From positions 868,001 through 932,000 of the forward strand of contig NW_027191452.1 in the NCBI RefSeq assembly GCF_011745625.1: a stretch of DNA of 64,000 nucleotides, written 5' to 3'. A program made the position numbers and the translations under genes. The notes beneath the pieces are model-generated. The model was not told where the DNA came from. It worked only from the letters and a program-made list of their open reading frames with translations, and searched no databases. Below, piece after piece: positions 46,101 to 57,790 of this stretch (the stretch's first letter is position 1; each line of letters opens with the position of its first letter). The stretch is from Cladosporium halotolerans. Lineage: Eukaryota.

Positions 46101-47479
46101 ACGATTTCAAACGGAATTACAACTCCGATCGCGAGCGTGAGGTCATGAACCACTGGAACAACTGCCACAATGCAGCCCTGCCAACTAGTCAACATGCCGA
46201 TGAGCCGTTGAACCCTGCGATGGTACCTCAGGGCGTGGATGCCACTTTCAGCTCGCAGGCCAGCAGCTCCAACACTTACGGCGCTCATCTTCTTCCTCCC
46301 TCGGTCCCAGTGACTGGCAACTCAGGCAATGGCGAAGCAACAACTACGCCTTCGGTAACTGGCGAGATACAGATGGGCGGAAACTTTTACGAAGAGAGCT
46401 CCCAGCAAGTCGCTTCTATGTCGCACGCACCAGAGCAAGAGCACGCCGAGCTTTCCGCGGAAGAGCGTCTTGTGGCTGCCTTGGCTAACAAGGGAAAGGG
46501 CAAGGCAAACGACGGACCGGATGGTACCTCCAGCTCCATGACCATTGGCGAGCAGAGATCCTTTATGACTGACATCGATTCCCTGGAAGGCCATTTAGCC
46601 CGAGATGCCAGGGACATTATCCGAAAGGGAAGCTGGAAACATAAGGATTTGAAAGACTACGACGAAGTTTACCACCTGAAACTCCCAGATGACGTGCTGA
46701 GAGAGCTGCGCTGCTTCTATCAACGTATCGTGACCGGCCGAGCAGATCTAAATCAGACCATCGAGCAATTGCACGGTCAGCACATCTGGACACTCTCGGA
46801 ACGGGTAGCTCAGATCTGCCCTTGGGTCTTCAAAAACGCTGGCGCGGCTCGCGATGCCCTCGGCGATGCCAATAATGTACCAGATGATGCACTTTTCAAC
46901 ATACTGCATTTGGCTCAGCAAATGCTCGAAACTCAAAGCAAGGCTCTTCACGGAACTAGCCAAGCCACAGAGCAAGGAAACGAGACTCATGTGCAGCAGT
47001 ACGCCTCCTCGAACAAGGGAGCTACGCCGGCTTTGATCTGGACAAACTTCATCTTCGGCGAACCCGCCTCGCAAGACCATGTCACCGTCGCCGAGGTCCA
47101 GCGACGTTTGTACGAGAACTTCAAGGAAACTATTGCAAGCATCGAGTCCTGGGGCGAAGACTACTACAGCAATGAAATCGCAATGATGGCCGGAACGCCT
47201 CAGTCCGACGTCGATCGAGTCTTCTCTCTTATCCGAGCTGGAGCAGAGTTTGTCGAAAAGGATCCGCCACAGGATAGGTCGCGTCTTTTGAGCATTCCGA
47301 TGGAGGTTCTCCCCGAGATCAGCAAATTGGGTTCCGCTGCGCAAGGAAAGATCAGGAAATTGCGCGACGAATCGGATACCCGCGAGCGTTTCCTTACGCC
47401 CATCAAGAATTGTCAAATAATCATCGAAAAGATGAGAGCAATCGCCAGAGCGAAGGCCCACCTGGGGATTCAAGGCTGA
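43170..47479 (+). CDS. Orphan single-pass membrane protein with a long acidic low-complexity tail and internal repeats; exons 43170-44901, 44955-47479 (~1418 aa)
   Basis: Hydrophobic N-terminus, Thr/Ala-rich stretch, TM IAWLFALIVAVVVAGLLLG followed by RRFRR. Intron 44902-44954 (GTAAGA..GCTAAC..CAG) joins the 624-aa and 850-aa ORFs in frame. Confidence 0.7.
44581..44836 (+). repeat. Two ~94-bp direct repeats (period 162) plus a 12-bp tandem, coding
   Basis: 44581-44674 vs 44743-44836 (DDAP..EEN.QALGDDGDDGAS.APAVI); GAACAATTCGAC x2 at 44688-44711. Confidence 0.9.
45248..45373 (+). repeat. 3 x 42-bp coding tandem repeat (GGVVTPVxxExDVD)
   Basis: Read directly from sequence and translation. Confidence 0.9.
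45607..45899 (+). repeat. 3 x 96-99-bp near-identical coding tandem repeat (SASKSALTSAGGVLNMTWPS(S)ATQEVAKEPVA)
   Basis: Copies start at 45607, 45703 and 45802. Confidence 0.92.
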
Positions 47480-48184
47480 GGCGGTTCTTCAGAGCGCATA
47501 TCAACGGTGGACAGGTTTTCGGACATGCTGAAGTGTTTGGTGCTCGGTGATCACGAGCAGAGCTGCTTTTCCTTCCTGTGTTTCTTTCTTTCTCTTTTCT
47601 TTCTCTTTTCCTCGAGTCGACTCAGTTAGCGACTCTGCCATGGGCGTACAGGCTTGAACAGCCATTAATGAATCGTGTCAGAGACTAGACAGACAAAGCA
47701 TTCAAAGATTCCTTCACTTCTAGCGAGTGGCAGATTGCAGTAGCGATTCAAGATCACAGTGAGCAGAAATGGCCAGTGATGAGTATGATCTGCTCCGCCA
47801 ATGGGCAGAATGTTGGTTCCAAGAACTTCTTACCACAAGCTCGGTGGGTCGCTTGGTAGCTACCAACGTGAGAGCGATTGAGTCCGGAAATATGTACATG
47901 TGCTGGCAACGAATTGTGCATTAAGTATTGAGGTTGGTCGGTAACTTAGAATCTCACGCAGAAAATGATCCATTACCATTCTCATCGTTATCGTCTATCA
48001 TTCGAATCTCAAGATCTTGATACGAGTATCTTAGGTACTGCACTGCGACGACTCTTGATCCGCCGATCTCTGACTACGAAAACAACACCAAGCACCGACG
48101 CCCATCGCCGCTCGCTTTCTGTCATCTGAGGCGCTGAAAAGGAGTGTCTGGATCCCGAGGTCGAAAACCGGGAACCAAGAGCAT

Positions 48185-50464
48185 TCAGCACTCCTCCTCA
48201 GCAGACCAGTTCCACCATTCATCAGCAGCATCATCTTCCCATTTCCAGCTCTCCTTCGTATCCTCCTCAAACTCGCTCTTGACTCCAGTCTCCGTGCGTA
48301 AAGTTCGTGCTTGATCTTTGTTGGACCTCAAGCGCCGCGGCAGCATGTCACGCCACGAGGATCGTCGCAAAGGGTAGTAGGCTGTCGCAGTTTGAGGCAC
48401 ATCAGTAACGGTATACTCTTCTGAGGAATCGCCCGGACGAATCTCCGACGAGGTGATGATGATGGTCGGAGTTGCAGCTCTCGAGACTCGACCACGGTGT
48501 AAGATCGGCGATGACGGCAAATAGAGTGAAGAAGGCGTATGACCTTGATCGGGAGCCTCTTGCGATTCGAGCGAGGAGACAGAAAGCCAGCCGCTACTCC
48601 CTGTGGTCTCGACTTCAAGATTGTCCGCCTCCGTCGCATGTTTGTCAAGGTCGACCACATCTACCAGCTGTGCCATTTCGCAGTTTTCGTCAGGCTCGGA
48701 TTGACTGGGATTAAAGATGAGAGAAAGTGTTGGATCATCGACGTCTTCGTCGTCAACAAGATTGTCACAGGTGAGCGCCTCGAAAGGTGACGTCAAAACT
48801 CCATGGCCATCGGCAGCGCTATCGGAAGGCCTGTCTCTGCAGTAATCGCACCAGCAGTGCTTTGCGTGGCCGAGCTTCAAGAAATCGGAGATATTGATCG
48901 AGCTTTGCTCTGCCCAGTCGTCTTGCGCGAAAGGAGTATCTAGTGTGGTCAAAGCTGGCGTTTGGACAAACAGAGCTTGCTCGCTTCGAAAATGAGCGTC
49001 GGATTGGTCGTGCTCAGCCTCGCATGTGCTCTTGATGGAAATCTCGTGCGCGACATTGCACACATGTTGCGGAGGCGGTGTGGCAGGTGGTGTAGCTGGT
49101 AGTGACTTTGGTAGTGGGACGCGAGTTGAGATTTCCAAAACCTCTGAGCCCAATACTTCTTCACCGAAGACAGGCTCGTTCAAGTCCCTGTTGTAGTCAT
49201 CTGACAGCCGTACGATTGGGAGACCAACACCGGAGTCCGATAATCGACATGGGGTGAAATTGGGCAGCGGGTTAATGGGTGTACCGCAATGGTTTGAGTA
49301 GCCTGTCAAACTGTTTGCGTGTACATAAGGAAGGGCCACTTCCAAGCCATCGAGCTCATATGGAGCTTGGTTGAGAGAGGAAGAACCCGGGCCAGTTGGC
49401 AATGCGTCTGCTGGTTGTTCCCAATTGGCACCTCTTGTGGGCAAATTGCTCAAATCAGCTCCGGACGCCTTTCGAGGATGGTCCAGTTCAAGGTCGTGCC
49501 AAAGTTCTACGGCAGTAGCTGCGTTGACCATGCTGCTCATCCGCTCGGCAACCGTCGTGCTATGTTGTCCGATCTCTTTCTCAACATGTATTGTGGGGTG
49601 TGGCATTGACGATTGGTCATCTGCGAAAGTTGCACTCGGGCATGTATGAGCTGTTACAAATGTGTTGAGAACATCCTTTTCAGCATTTTGTTCGGCTTGC
49701 GAATTATGAGTCGGGCTTAAGGCGACACCACCATCTTCCGAAGCGTGTAGCCAGCATCGAACGGATGTCGGGAGCTTGACCTTTGCCTGGCAACATGTCG
49801 AGAGGCCTTGCTCTTTTGCAGTCAACAGGCTCCTTGATGGGAAGAACCTGGACTGATCTCTTCCGAAACGCATTTCCGAAGGCCGCCAAATCTGCAAGCC
49901 GCCATTGTGGAGAGCATCTGCCTTTGGGAGTACGGGTTCGGGCTCGACCGGCTCTGGGAGAGAAGACAGGTCATGGAACGTGGGCAGACAGTCTCTCCAG
50001 ACATCACCAAGAGTCAGTGACGGTATATCTGGGCACCATCTGGGTAAAGTGCGGAAAGGCGTTGGAACACGCACAGGAGGTGGAGGTTTGGCCAGAAGCA
50101 GAGTGCTAGGAAACGAAAGGAGATCGAATGACGAGAACCTCGGCAACGGTAGCTCGGGTGGCGATGGCAGAGAGCCGTACAGCTCAGTTGACCGATGTGT
50201 ATCGTGAGGAAGGCCTTGAGAATGTGTGGAAGGAGCCGCGAGTAGGCATGCTCTTGCTGGCGGAGGAGGCGCAGGAATGCCGGCCCTGGCGATCGTTTCG
50301 TCGATGGCTTGATTGAGCTGCTGGTCCAATAAGTGAGCGGCTAGCTTGCGCCTGTTCCGTCTCATATCGCGACGTTTTTTGGCTTCTTTTGTACCCCGAC
50401 TATGGCGGACGCGATGACTGTGGGCCGCCGAGAGTTCTCGAAGAAGAGATGGGGGTCTTGTCAC
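48185..50464 (-). CDS. Hypothetical, largely disordered protein (>=759 aa); true start uncertain
   Basis: Long ORF opened by GTG. A possible intron 50508-50457 would link it in frame to an upstream exon from ATG 50735. Contains GHAKHCWCDYC and an acidic Trp-rich C-terminus. Confidence 0.55.
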   Translation of the reverse strand: MTRPPSLLRELSAAHSHRVRHSRGTKEAKKRRDMRRNRRKLAAHLLDQQLNQAIDETIARAGIPAPPPPARACLLAAPSTHSQGLPHDTHRSTELYGSLPSPPELPLPRFSSFDLLSFPSTLLLAKPPPPVRVPTPFRTLPRWCPDIPSLTLGDVWRDCLPTFHDLSSLPEPVEPEPVLPKADALHNGGLQIWRPSEMRFGRDQSRFFPSRSLLTAKEQGLSTCCQAKVKLPTSVRCWLHASEDGGVALSPTHNSQAEQNAEKDVLNTFVTAHTCPSATFADDQSSMPHPTIHVEKEIGQHSTTVAERMSSMVNAATAVELWHDLELDHPRKASGADLSNLPTRGANWEQPADALPTGPGSSSLNQAPYELDGLEVALPYVHANSLTGYSNHCGTPINPLPNFTPCRLSDSGVGLPIVRLSDDYNRDLNEPVFGEEVLGSEVLEISTRVPLPKSLPATPPATPPPQHVCNVAHEISIKSTCEAEHDQSDAHFRSEQALFVQTPALTTLDTPFAQDDWAEQSSINISDFLKLGHAKHCWCDYCRDRPSDSAADGHGVLTSPFEALTCDNLVDDEDVDDPTLSLIFNPSQSEPDENCEMAQLVDVVDLDKHATEADNLEVETTGSSGWLSVSSLESQEAPDQGHTPSSLYLPSSPILHRGRVSRAATPTIIITSSEIRPGDSSEEYTVTDVPQTATAYYPLRRSSWRDMLPRRLRSNKDQARTLRTETGVKSEFEEDTKESWKWEDDAADEWWNWSAEEEC

Positions 50465-51694
50465 AGAAGGTGAAGGGGTGGCGAGAATCGAGAATCGGTT
50501 GTCTTTACTTCAGAGTCAGACCTCGAAGACCTCCCGTGAACGTGCCATGTAACTCACTCGAGCGATGAGGCGAAGGGTGGCAAATGCTCAGGTCCAACGT
50601 CTGATTCGGTCGACCGGACATTCCGTCAACGACAGGCATCGTAGAGACCGATTGGGGAGTTCCAGCGTGTTGGCTTTGTTGTCTCCGTCTTAGGGTGTGT
50701 GGCGGTGTGCGGAGCTCGTTGCGGTGTCGAAGCATCGCTCTGAATGCGACTGGAGATTGCTGCGGAAATAGGTGGACTATACGATACGGACCAGGAGGTT
50801 TGTAGCGAGGAAAAGTCAGAGGGGCCAAGGTGAAAGGGGAGTTTTCTAGGACTGACAGTAAGAATGGTGAAGCGAAAGCAAAATGACAGGCAGATATCAG
50901 GTGATTTGAGGCTGAGAGAAGGCACATTGACAATGAGAGAGAGGAAAGGGCAACGGGAAGAAAAGGAAAGCGCTTGTCTCTGGAATAGCTTCATCGTTTT
51001 GGGAGGGCAGGGACAAACTATCTCGGATTGGCGCCAATTTGAAGCGTGCGGTCGGATGCCAAAGGACCTGGACAGTGATTTTGCAGTCGTGCGATTATAT
51101 CAATTACTGTGATAACACGAGCGTGCCCAGACCGTTCGCTTGGAGCCATCCTGAAGACCTGCAGCTGGAGGCTATCATAAAGCGTTCAGTCGATGGAGAA
51201 TCTGACATCGGGTTGCTTTGGTGTGGTCACAAAATGGGTGAGGAGCGGGTACAGTAAATGAAGTGTCGCTGATGTGAGGGCAGCGCAAGTGCCGCGTGAT
51301 GAGTCGCGAGCGGTTGGGTGCAGCAGCGGGCGCCTGCGGGCGACTTCAAGCCGGAAGCTTCTTTTTCCCCACACAAATCGCGCGCCGAAGCAAGAACAGC
51401 ACAGGCCGGAGACCCAAACCAACGTTTCGCCCGCTGCTTGACACCCTCCGCCTGTAACAGCTCTCTAATTGCCTCTCCACCGCCGCATTTGCACATCACG
51501 CCGGGCTCTCGTCGCCTACCAATCTGTTCACAGCTGGCGCTCCAGGAGCCTCCAACCGACCTCCCCCATCCGCAGCTGTCTCCTGTCCAAGTCTCCTGGA
51601 GTCGCCATTCGTCCGCTCGACAAATTCCATCGGCGCCGTCATAATCGCGCATTCTTCTGGCAGCGTCGGTCGCAACCCTACGACTTCACGGGCA

Positions 51695-54019
51695 ATGACA
51701 TCGCAGGTCTCCACCAATGGCTCGACCTCACAATCGCAAATGCGCAACCGCGCGCAAGCAGCTCCCAGCCGGGTAGCCATTCCGTTACCCTTGAGCAAAC
51801 CGCGCGCCTCCAAAGCGCAAAGCCGCCCGAGCTCCGATGCTAAATCTCAAGATCCTTCGAAGAGAGGGGAAGCAACACCGGTTGCGAAGGACGCTTCGCC
51901 GGCAGCCAGTGGCGCGGAGAGCAACGTTAGCCTCTCAACTTCCAACAAGAATTCCCAAGCAGAGCGTGTGTCACAAGAGGCGGAAGAAGGTGTAAGGCCG
52001 CCGACGGCGGGTGCTCGGGTCTTCGTTGACAATGATGGGAAATTGCCCCCGAATGGAAATACGCCAGAGCAGTCGCAGGATGGTCACATCCAATCTTCGC
52101 AGGCGAAACCGCTGAATGCACAAACGGCTCGTAAACCCACTCAGATACGCACCGAACTCCCGCCAGCTTTTGTGCCCTCTACGGGCCAGCACACACCACA
52201 GTCGTCATCTTCCTCGAGACACGTGAATCGCAACTCCCAGCCCATCTTGCCGAATCAGCATCTTTCGCGACCTAGCACGGGCCACATTGTATTTGGGGAC
52301 GTTGATTCCTCCGATTCGTCTCCAGTCCCTCCATACTCTGCAGGATCAACATTTGTGCCGCCTCCACAGTCGGTGCAAAAACCTTTCCAATCGCCGTTCA
52401 CACCGGCACAGCATGCGCATCACTTTTCTGAGCCTCAAGCATACCCTATGTTTCCCCCAGGATACGCGCCACAACAGCCCTGGAACCCGCAGCGTGGATA
52501 CTATGCTGGACAACAGCTCCCAAGCTTCACTCCTCACGCTCAGCCCCAGTATCGCTACCCTCCGCATGACCAAAGTGGATTGACGGAAGGTGCCCACTCC
52601 AGCATTCCTCCACCACTTTCGCGGCCCGGCTCCCCTGGATCTGGATACGCAGAGGCTCCAAGAGCTGGGCAAGACATGCGATTGCCCACCGCTGGAGACA
52701 AGGCAGCTGGCCCCAAGCCATTTCCAGAATTCAAGCCAGCATTTCCCAATCAGTTTCCACTTCGTCAGCCACCCCTCAGCAGGCAGTTCCCTCCGCAACA
52801 CCAGGCAATCCCGCCACCAGATCTCCGGCTTGACATGGACAACGCTCAGATGCTGCGTGATCACGTTCGGTCTCAGTTCGCAAAACCTCCCTTTGCAGAC
52901 TGCTCTTTGCAAATCTCGCATGATCAGGACGCTAGCACACAACGCATCGATGCTCATAGGCTTATACTGGCGCGTAGTCCGACGCTTCTGCGGCTCATTC
53001 AGGAATCAGTCGGTTCTTCAACCCCAACAGCGCAGCTTGACATGCATCTTCCGGGTGAATATTTGAGTCTTCATGCCTTTAATGAGTCTCTGAAGTACAT
53101 CTATGGCGGGCAGCTCCCACCACTTGAGCCACCGCATCGCCAATCTGTTCCTTTCATTGAGCCTGTGACTGCTCAAATCGAGCGTATGGAGCAAGCGCTG
53201 CAGCGTGTAGCAACTGGTGCTTGGCTGGAGATGCCCGCTATTGCTTGGCGGGGAATGAACGTTGCCACCAATACCATGACCTGGGATACGCTTCCGTTTG
53301 CCCTGAAATTCGGTCTTGAGGGCGGGATCTCCCCGATGTGGACTCTAGATGACGGGAGCGAAGAACGCGACAGCACTACTTCCAGTGACGACTCTCAAAG
53401 CCGACCGGAAATTGCCTCGACCAAACCGACATATGACCCCTTCGCGACTGCACTTCTTCAGGCCATCTTCCAATTTGTGACGACTAACTTCCCGCCCGAC
53501 TTCTACCCTGACACTTCTGCGCCTCAATTGGAAGCATCACCTCGTCTTCCAATTCTTCCTCCTCAGCAACAGCAGCAGCAGAAACACGAGAGAAACAAGT
53601 CTTCTCGTTCCGCCGATCCAAGACTCAGCCAAATACGTTTCGGCGAGCTTCCAACAGAGGGTTCTTCGCGGCCATCGCCCGTCACCACAATCATATCGAG
53701 CCTCCTGTTTTCATTGCCCTTCCAGTTGCTCAAGTTTTTGCTGGAACATCCGGTCTTGGTCGAACGTATGGGAAATGAGACTGTTGGTAGCATCATTCGG
53801 CAAACTGTCATGGAAAGGGAAAACAGAAGATTGAGGTGCCTGAAGGCGGGGAAGCCTGCAACGACTGGACTGGATGGCGAGAAAGATGGGGGTGCGACTC
53901 TTTACTGGGAGGAGAGTGTGGAGGTCACAGGCCAGGGCCGCTTGGGACTCAGGCTGTGCAGAAGACGCAGGGGCGTGGAGACTCCTCCTTCGTCGACCGA
54001 AGGTACTGCCAACGCTTGA
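51695..54019 (+). CDS. Hypothetical protein with Pro/Gln/Ser-rich N-terminus and a BTB/POZ-like domain
   Basis: FADCSLQI..IDAHRLILARSPTL..AFNESLKYIYGG BTB-like signature; 774-aa ATG ORF. Confidence 0.75.
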   Translation: MTSQVSTNGSTSQSQMRNRAQAAPSRVAIPLPLSKPRASKAQSRPSSDAKSQDPSKRGEATPVAKDASPAASGAESNVSLSTSNKNSQAERVSQEAEEGVRPPTAGARVFVDNDGKLPPNGNTPEQSQDGHIQSSQAKPLNAQTARKPTQIRTELPPAFVPSTGQHTPQSSSSSRHVNRNSQPILPNQHLSRPSTGHIVFGDVDSSDSSPVPPYSAGSTFVPPPQSVQKPFQSPFTPAQHAHHFSEPQAYPMFPPGYAPQQPWNPQRGYYAGQQLPSFTPHAQPQYRYPPHDQSGLTEGAHSSIPPPLSRPGSPGSGYAEAPRAGQDMRLPTAGDKAAGPKPFPEFKPAFPNQFPLRQPPLSRQFPPQHQAIPPPDLRLDMDNAQMLRDHVRSQFAKPPFADCSLQISHDQDASTQRIDAHRLILARSPTLLRLIQESVGSSTPTAQLDMHLPGEYLSLHAFNESLKYIYGGQLPPLEPPHRQSVPFIEPVTAQIERMEQALQRVATGAWLEMPAIAWRGMNVATNTMTWDTLPFALKFGLEGGISPMWTLDDGSEERDSTTSSDDSQSRPEIASTKPTYDPFATALLQAIFQFVTTNFPPDFYPDTSAPQLEASPRLPILPPQQQQQQKHERNKSSRSADPRLSQIRFGELPTEGSSRPSPVTTIISSLLFSLPFQLLKFLLEHPVLVERMGNETVGSIIRQTVMERENRRLRCLKAGKPATTGLDGEKDGGATLYWEESVEVTGQGRLGLRLCRRRRGVETPPSSTEGTANA

Positions 54020-55372
54020 GGAAACCATGGGTGAGTTATTTTCCTTTTTGTTTTCTCTTTTTTGGCGAACTTTGATTCCCAACCTATTGGATTCGAGGCA
54101 TAGCGAGCGGGTGGATTGAGAGCGACAAATTTCCTAGTCGGGAGCGTTCTGCAGTGCTTAGGATGGCGTTTGAGCGGGATCTGGTTTGATTCTTGTCTAC
54201 GTGGCTACGAAGTCGGCAAGGGAAAGGGTTGGACTAGGCAGCTATCCCGGATGGTTACATGTTATGTATGGAGTTTGCGAGAGTCGGGCAGAAATCACCC
54301 GGGCACCCGGACACAAGTATGTAGGATATCACTAAGGACGAGCAGACGATGATGCATGGGCGTCCATGGTCTGGCAGAGACTAGATATGCAGCTCAAGCC
54401 CACGACCAAACCGGCAAACGACCACTTTGAGAGAGGGCATGAACCTGCAAAAAGCTTTGATCGATGTATTTATACCAATCGGAAGATCATACCTTGTACT
54501 TCAAATAATGACTGATGTTTCAGTCGGCTTCACGTAATTCTCGACTACGTCGATGGCTTCCATTATGGTGATCCAAAATATATATAGCAAGTGTCATTCG
54601 TGATATAGATGGTAGGGAGGACGAGGACGAATGTGCAAGTCAAGTTGGCCGGTCTGGACCCATCCCTTGCGAGGAGGATGCTGAAGTCGGCATGTGATGA
54701 AGTCCGACGTATCTCCGGCAAAGGATTCTGCCCGCACCGCTTGGGATTCAACGAAGCACCGCGTACCTGCCGACGCTAGCATCACCATTGCGCACAGTCA
54801 GTCAACGGCTGGCAAAATCCGCATCTGATACAGGCGCTGATCTCGCCACGATGTAGACACCACAGATTCTTGCCTGTCGAGAATGGGCGAGGGAAGCGGT
54901 CAAGTTCCGCATTTATCAGCAAGAACGTGGATTATGCATACTGATCAAGCATCTGCCGCTTGCCGAGCTATTTCGCTAGTGACTCCGCCGGTTAATCGGC
55001 ACGGCGATGGCGTTCGCTGCTTAGCACGGGAATGGATCGATTCCCGCTCGCCTGATGCCCGTCTTCCTGTGCGGCTTCTGTCTCATCAAACGAAACAGTT
55101 TTGCGGGTCTGCCTCGTGGACCGCAGACCGGCATCCTTTTCCGCTCGCGCTCTGATCGCTTTCCTCCTATCTGCGCCTAGCACCCATGCTTCTCCTTGCT
55201 ACATTTCTTTGCGCGGTATAGCTATTCACCCTGTTGGATACGGCTGCAAGGAATCAGCGGGCCGACTAACTGGCTCAATACTACCACTGCAAGGACCGGC
55301 CACATCTAATCCCTGCGGTGACCTAGGACCAGGCCAGTGGCGACTGAACCGAAATTCTGTTCCCAAACAACC

Positions 55373-57004
55373 ATGTCGGATTCTTCTTTCGAGGACGTGG
55401 AGAAGGTTGCACAGCACAAGAACGAGCCTGGGTCTGAGCATCTTACTCAACAGCAGGAGGATCTGTTGGAAGCTTCCGAGCCTCCCTTTACCGCCCACGA
55501 GGACGATGATCTGGAAGCAAATGGCAACGGACTCCGGCAGGTTGGCACCGGCGCTGGCGCTTCCTTACACCAAGTGCCTTCGAGCAAGCCTTCGGTGAAC
55601 AACATTCGCAGTGTACCGAACGGAGGAACGAAAGCCTGGCTGCAAGTGCTGGCGAGTTTCTTCTTGTTCTTCAATTCATGGGGAATCGTGAACACATTTG
55701 GTATGTCAACCGTCTGCTGGAGTTGACCTAGGTGTGCTACACATATTCAGCCTCCTTTGATTCTTGAACATACGAATCAAGGCCACACCCGGCCAACCGT
55801 CTAATTTTCAAGGCAATTCACTAACCTCATACCACAGGCACATACCAAGCCTATTATGAGACCGGTATTCTAGCCGACTCCTCGCCCTCAGACATTTCAT
55901 GGATCGGTAGCATACAAGCCTTCCTTCTCATGTTTGTTGGTGCCATCACTGGTTCCATCTACGATGCCGGATATGTCCACTCCCTCATGCTGGTTGGATC
56001 GTTCCTCGTCGTGTTCGGTCAAGTGAGCCAAAATGCCTAAGATCGTCGTGCTGATGAGTTTACTTACTGACGTTCTATCAAAGATGATGCTTTCTCTTGC
56101 TTCGAGCTACTACCAAGTCATTCTTGCTCAAGCGATCTGCATTGGTATCGGATGCGGATGTCTGTTCGTCCCTGGCGTTGCAATTCTATCGACATACTTC
56201 AGCACCAAGATCGCCACAGCTATGGGCCTCGCGGCTTCTGGATCTTCCCTCGGCGGTGTAATATACCCGATCATCTTCCATCGTCTTCAACCCACCATCG
56301 GCTTCCCTTGGGCTACACGTGTGATCGGCTTCATCGCGCTCTTTGGCCTGGGTATTTCTAACTTTGTCCTGCGTGTTCGTACGATCCCGGACTCGCGCCG
56401 CAAGTTCCTCGACCTCCCTGCTTTCAAGGAACCGCAATACGCCCTTTTCGTTCTTGGGACATTCCTTGGATTCATGGGTCTGTACGTTGTGTTCTTCTAC
56501 GTGCAGTCGTACGCCATCGAAACCAACATTGCCGGCGACAACATGAGTTTCTACCTCCTTTCGATCCTCAACGCTGGCTCCATCTTCGGTCGAATCATTC
56601 CAAACTTCATCGCAGACCGCACAGGCCCTCTCAACATGATTATTCCCTGCGCGATGATCTCCGGTATCCTTGCGCTTTGCTTGATCGCCTCGCACAGCCT
56701 CGCGCCCGTCATCGTCATCTGCGCGCTTTATGGCTTCTTCTCCGGCAGCTTTGTCTCCCTCCCTCCGACCATCCTTGTGCATCTCACTGCAAACCGTGCC
56801 ATGATCGGCACGCGTATGGGCATGTGCTTCACCGTCGTCTCGATCGGGTTGTTGATCGGAACGCCGATCTCGGGCCAGATCTTGAACGCCACTGGATTCC
56901 CGCAGACTTGGGTCTTTGGAGGAGTATTGGTAATTGCAGGCTCCATTGTCATCGGGGCCTCGCGGGTGGCGAAGGGTGGCTGGGGGTTGATGGTGAAGGT
57001 CTGA
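55373..57004 (+). CDS. MFS monocarboxylate-transporter family (MCH-like) permease; exons 55373-55700, 55838-56022, 56084-57004 (~477 aa)
   Basis: VPNGGTKAWLQV, NSWGIVNTFG, ISWIGSIQ, GLAASGSSLGG, SIFGRIIP, IGTRMG; multiple TM helices; two introns restore the frame. Confidence 0.92.
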
Positions 57005-57256
57005 TTTAGGAGAGACTCCTTTTCAAACAAAGATGCAACCCCGTCTAGACGCTGCATGCATGGGTCATTTAGCGTTTCATACATTGGCAGTTTCATAGAA
57101 GGCCCGGCGGTCGTCGCAAAAAGCATAATACAATCCATAATTTTAGACTGCATTCCAGCTTAGCCATAGTGCCTTTCACCGCCATCTAGGGGAACGTCTT
57201 TGATGGTTCGAGCGGCGGACCAAAACTATCATCATACCTTCGATGGAAGAGCAAAA

Positions 57257-57375
57257 ACATACAACAGGCGGGATTCCCAGATGGTCACCCACTCTAGTAC
57301 TAGTCGCCCGGTTCAGTGCTTATGTATGGCAGAGCGGACGGGATGCCCAGTTTTCACTGACCTGTGGTCGTATGT
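57257..57375 (-). rRNA. 5S rRNA gene (dispersed copy)
   Basis: Minus strand ACATACGACCACAGG...CATCCCGTCCGCTCTGCCATACATAAGC...TAGTACTAGAGTGGGTGACCATCTGGGAATCC...TGTTGTATGT, ~119 nt with complementary ends, followed by a T-run terminator; TCATATA at about -29. Confidence 0.95.
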
Positions 57376-57790
57376 GCTTGGTTGCACAGGAAAATAGTAT
57401 ATGAGTCCCTCTGTGAAACTCTGACCACACCTTTCGAGTTTTGGGATGATAGCGGTCTTGCCACTCATATCCTCTCTTGCAAATCAATCGACTAACACTC
57501 TCTCCCCGAGTAAGATTCATGACCAGAGCCCGAGGCCTAGCCGACGTGGCCGCCACCTGTAATTGCTCCTTGTCTTTTTTGGACCTGCACACGAGCCGTG
57601 TAGACTTTGAGTAGTAGCGCGAGTATAGGGTTGTGAAGCATGCTGCTTTCCATGAGACACTTTCCCGCTCCTCGAACACTCTCTTCGCCTTCCAAAACAT
57701 ATCTTACCGGCCAGGGTTGTCTACATGATGCTTTTTAAAATGGATGAATGAAACGTTCACTTGCTCCCAAAAGTCGTCACGAGATATCAG

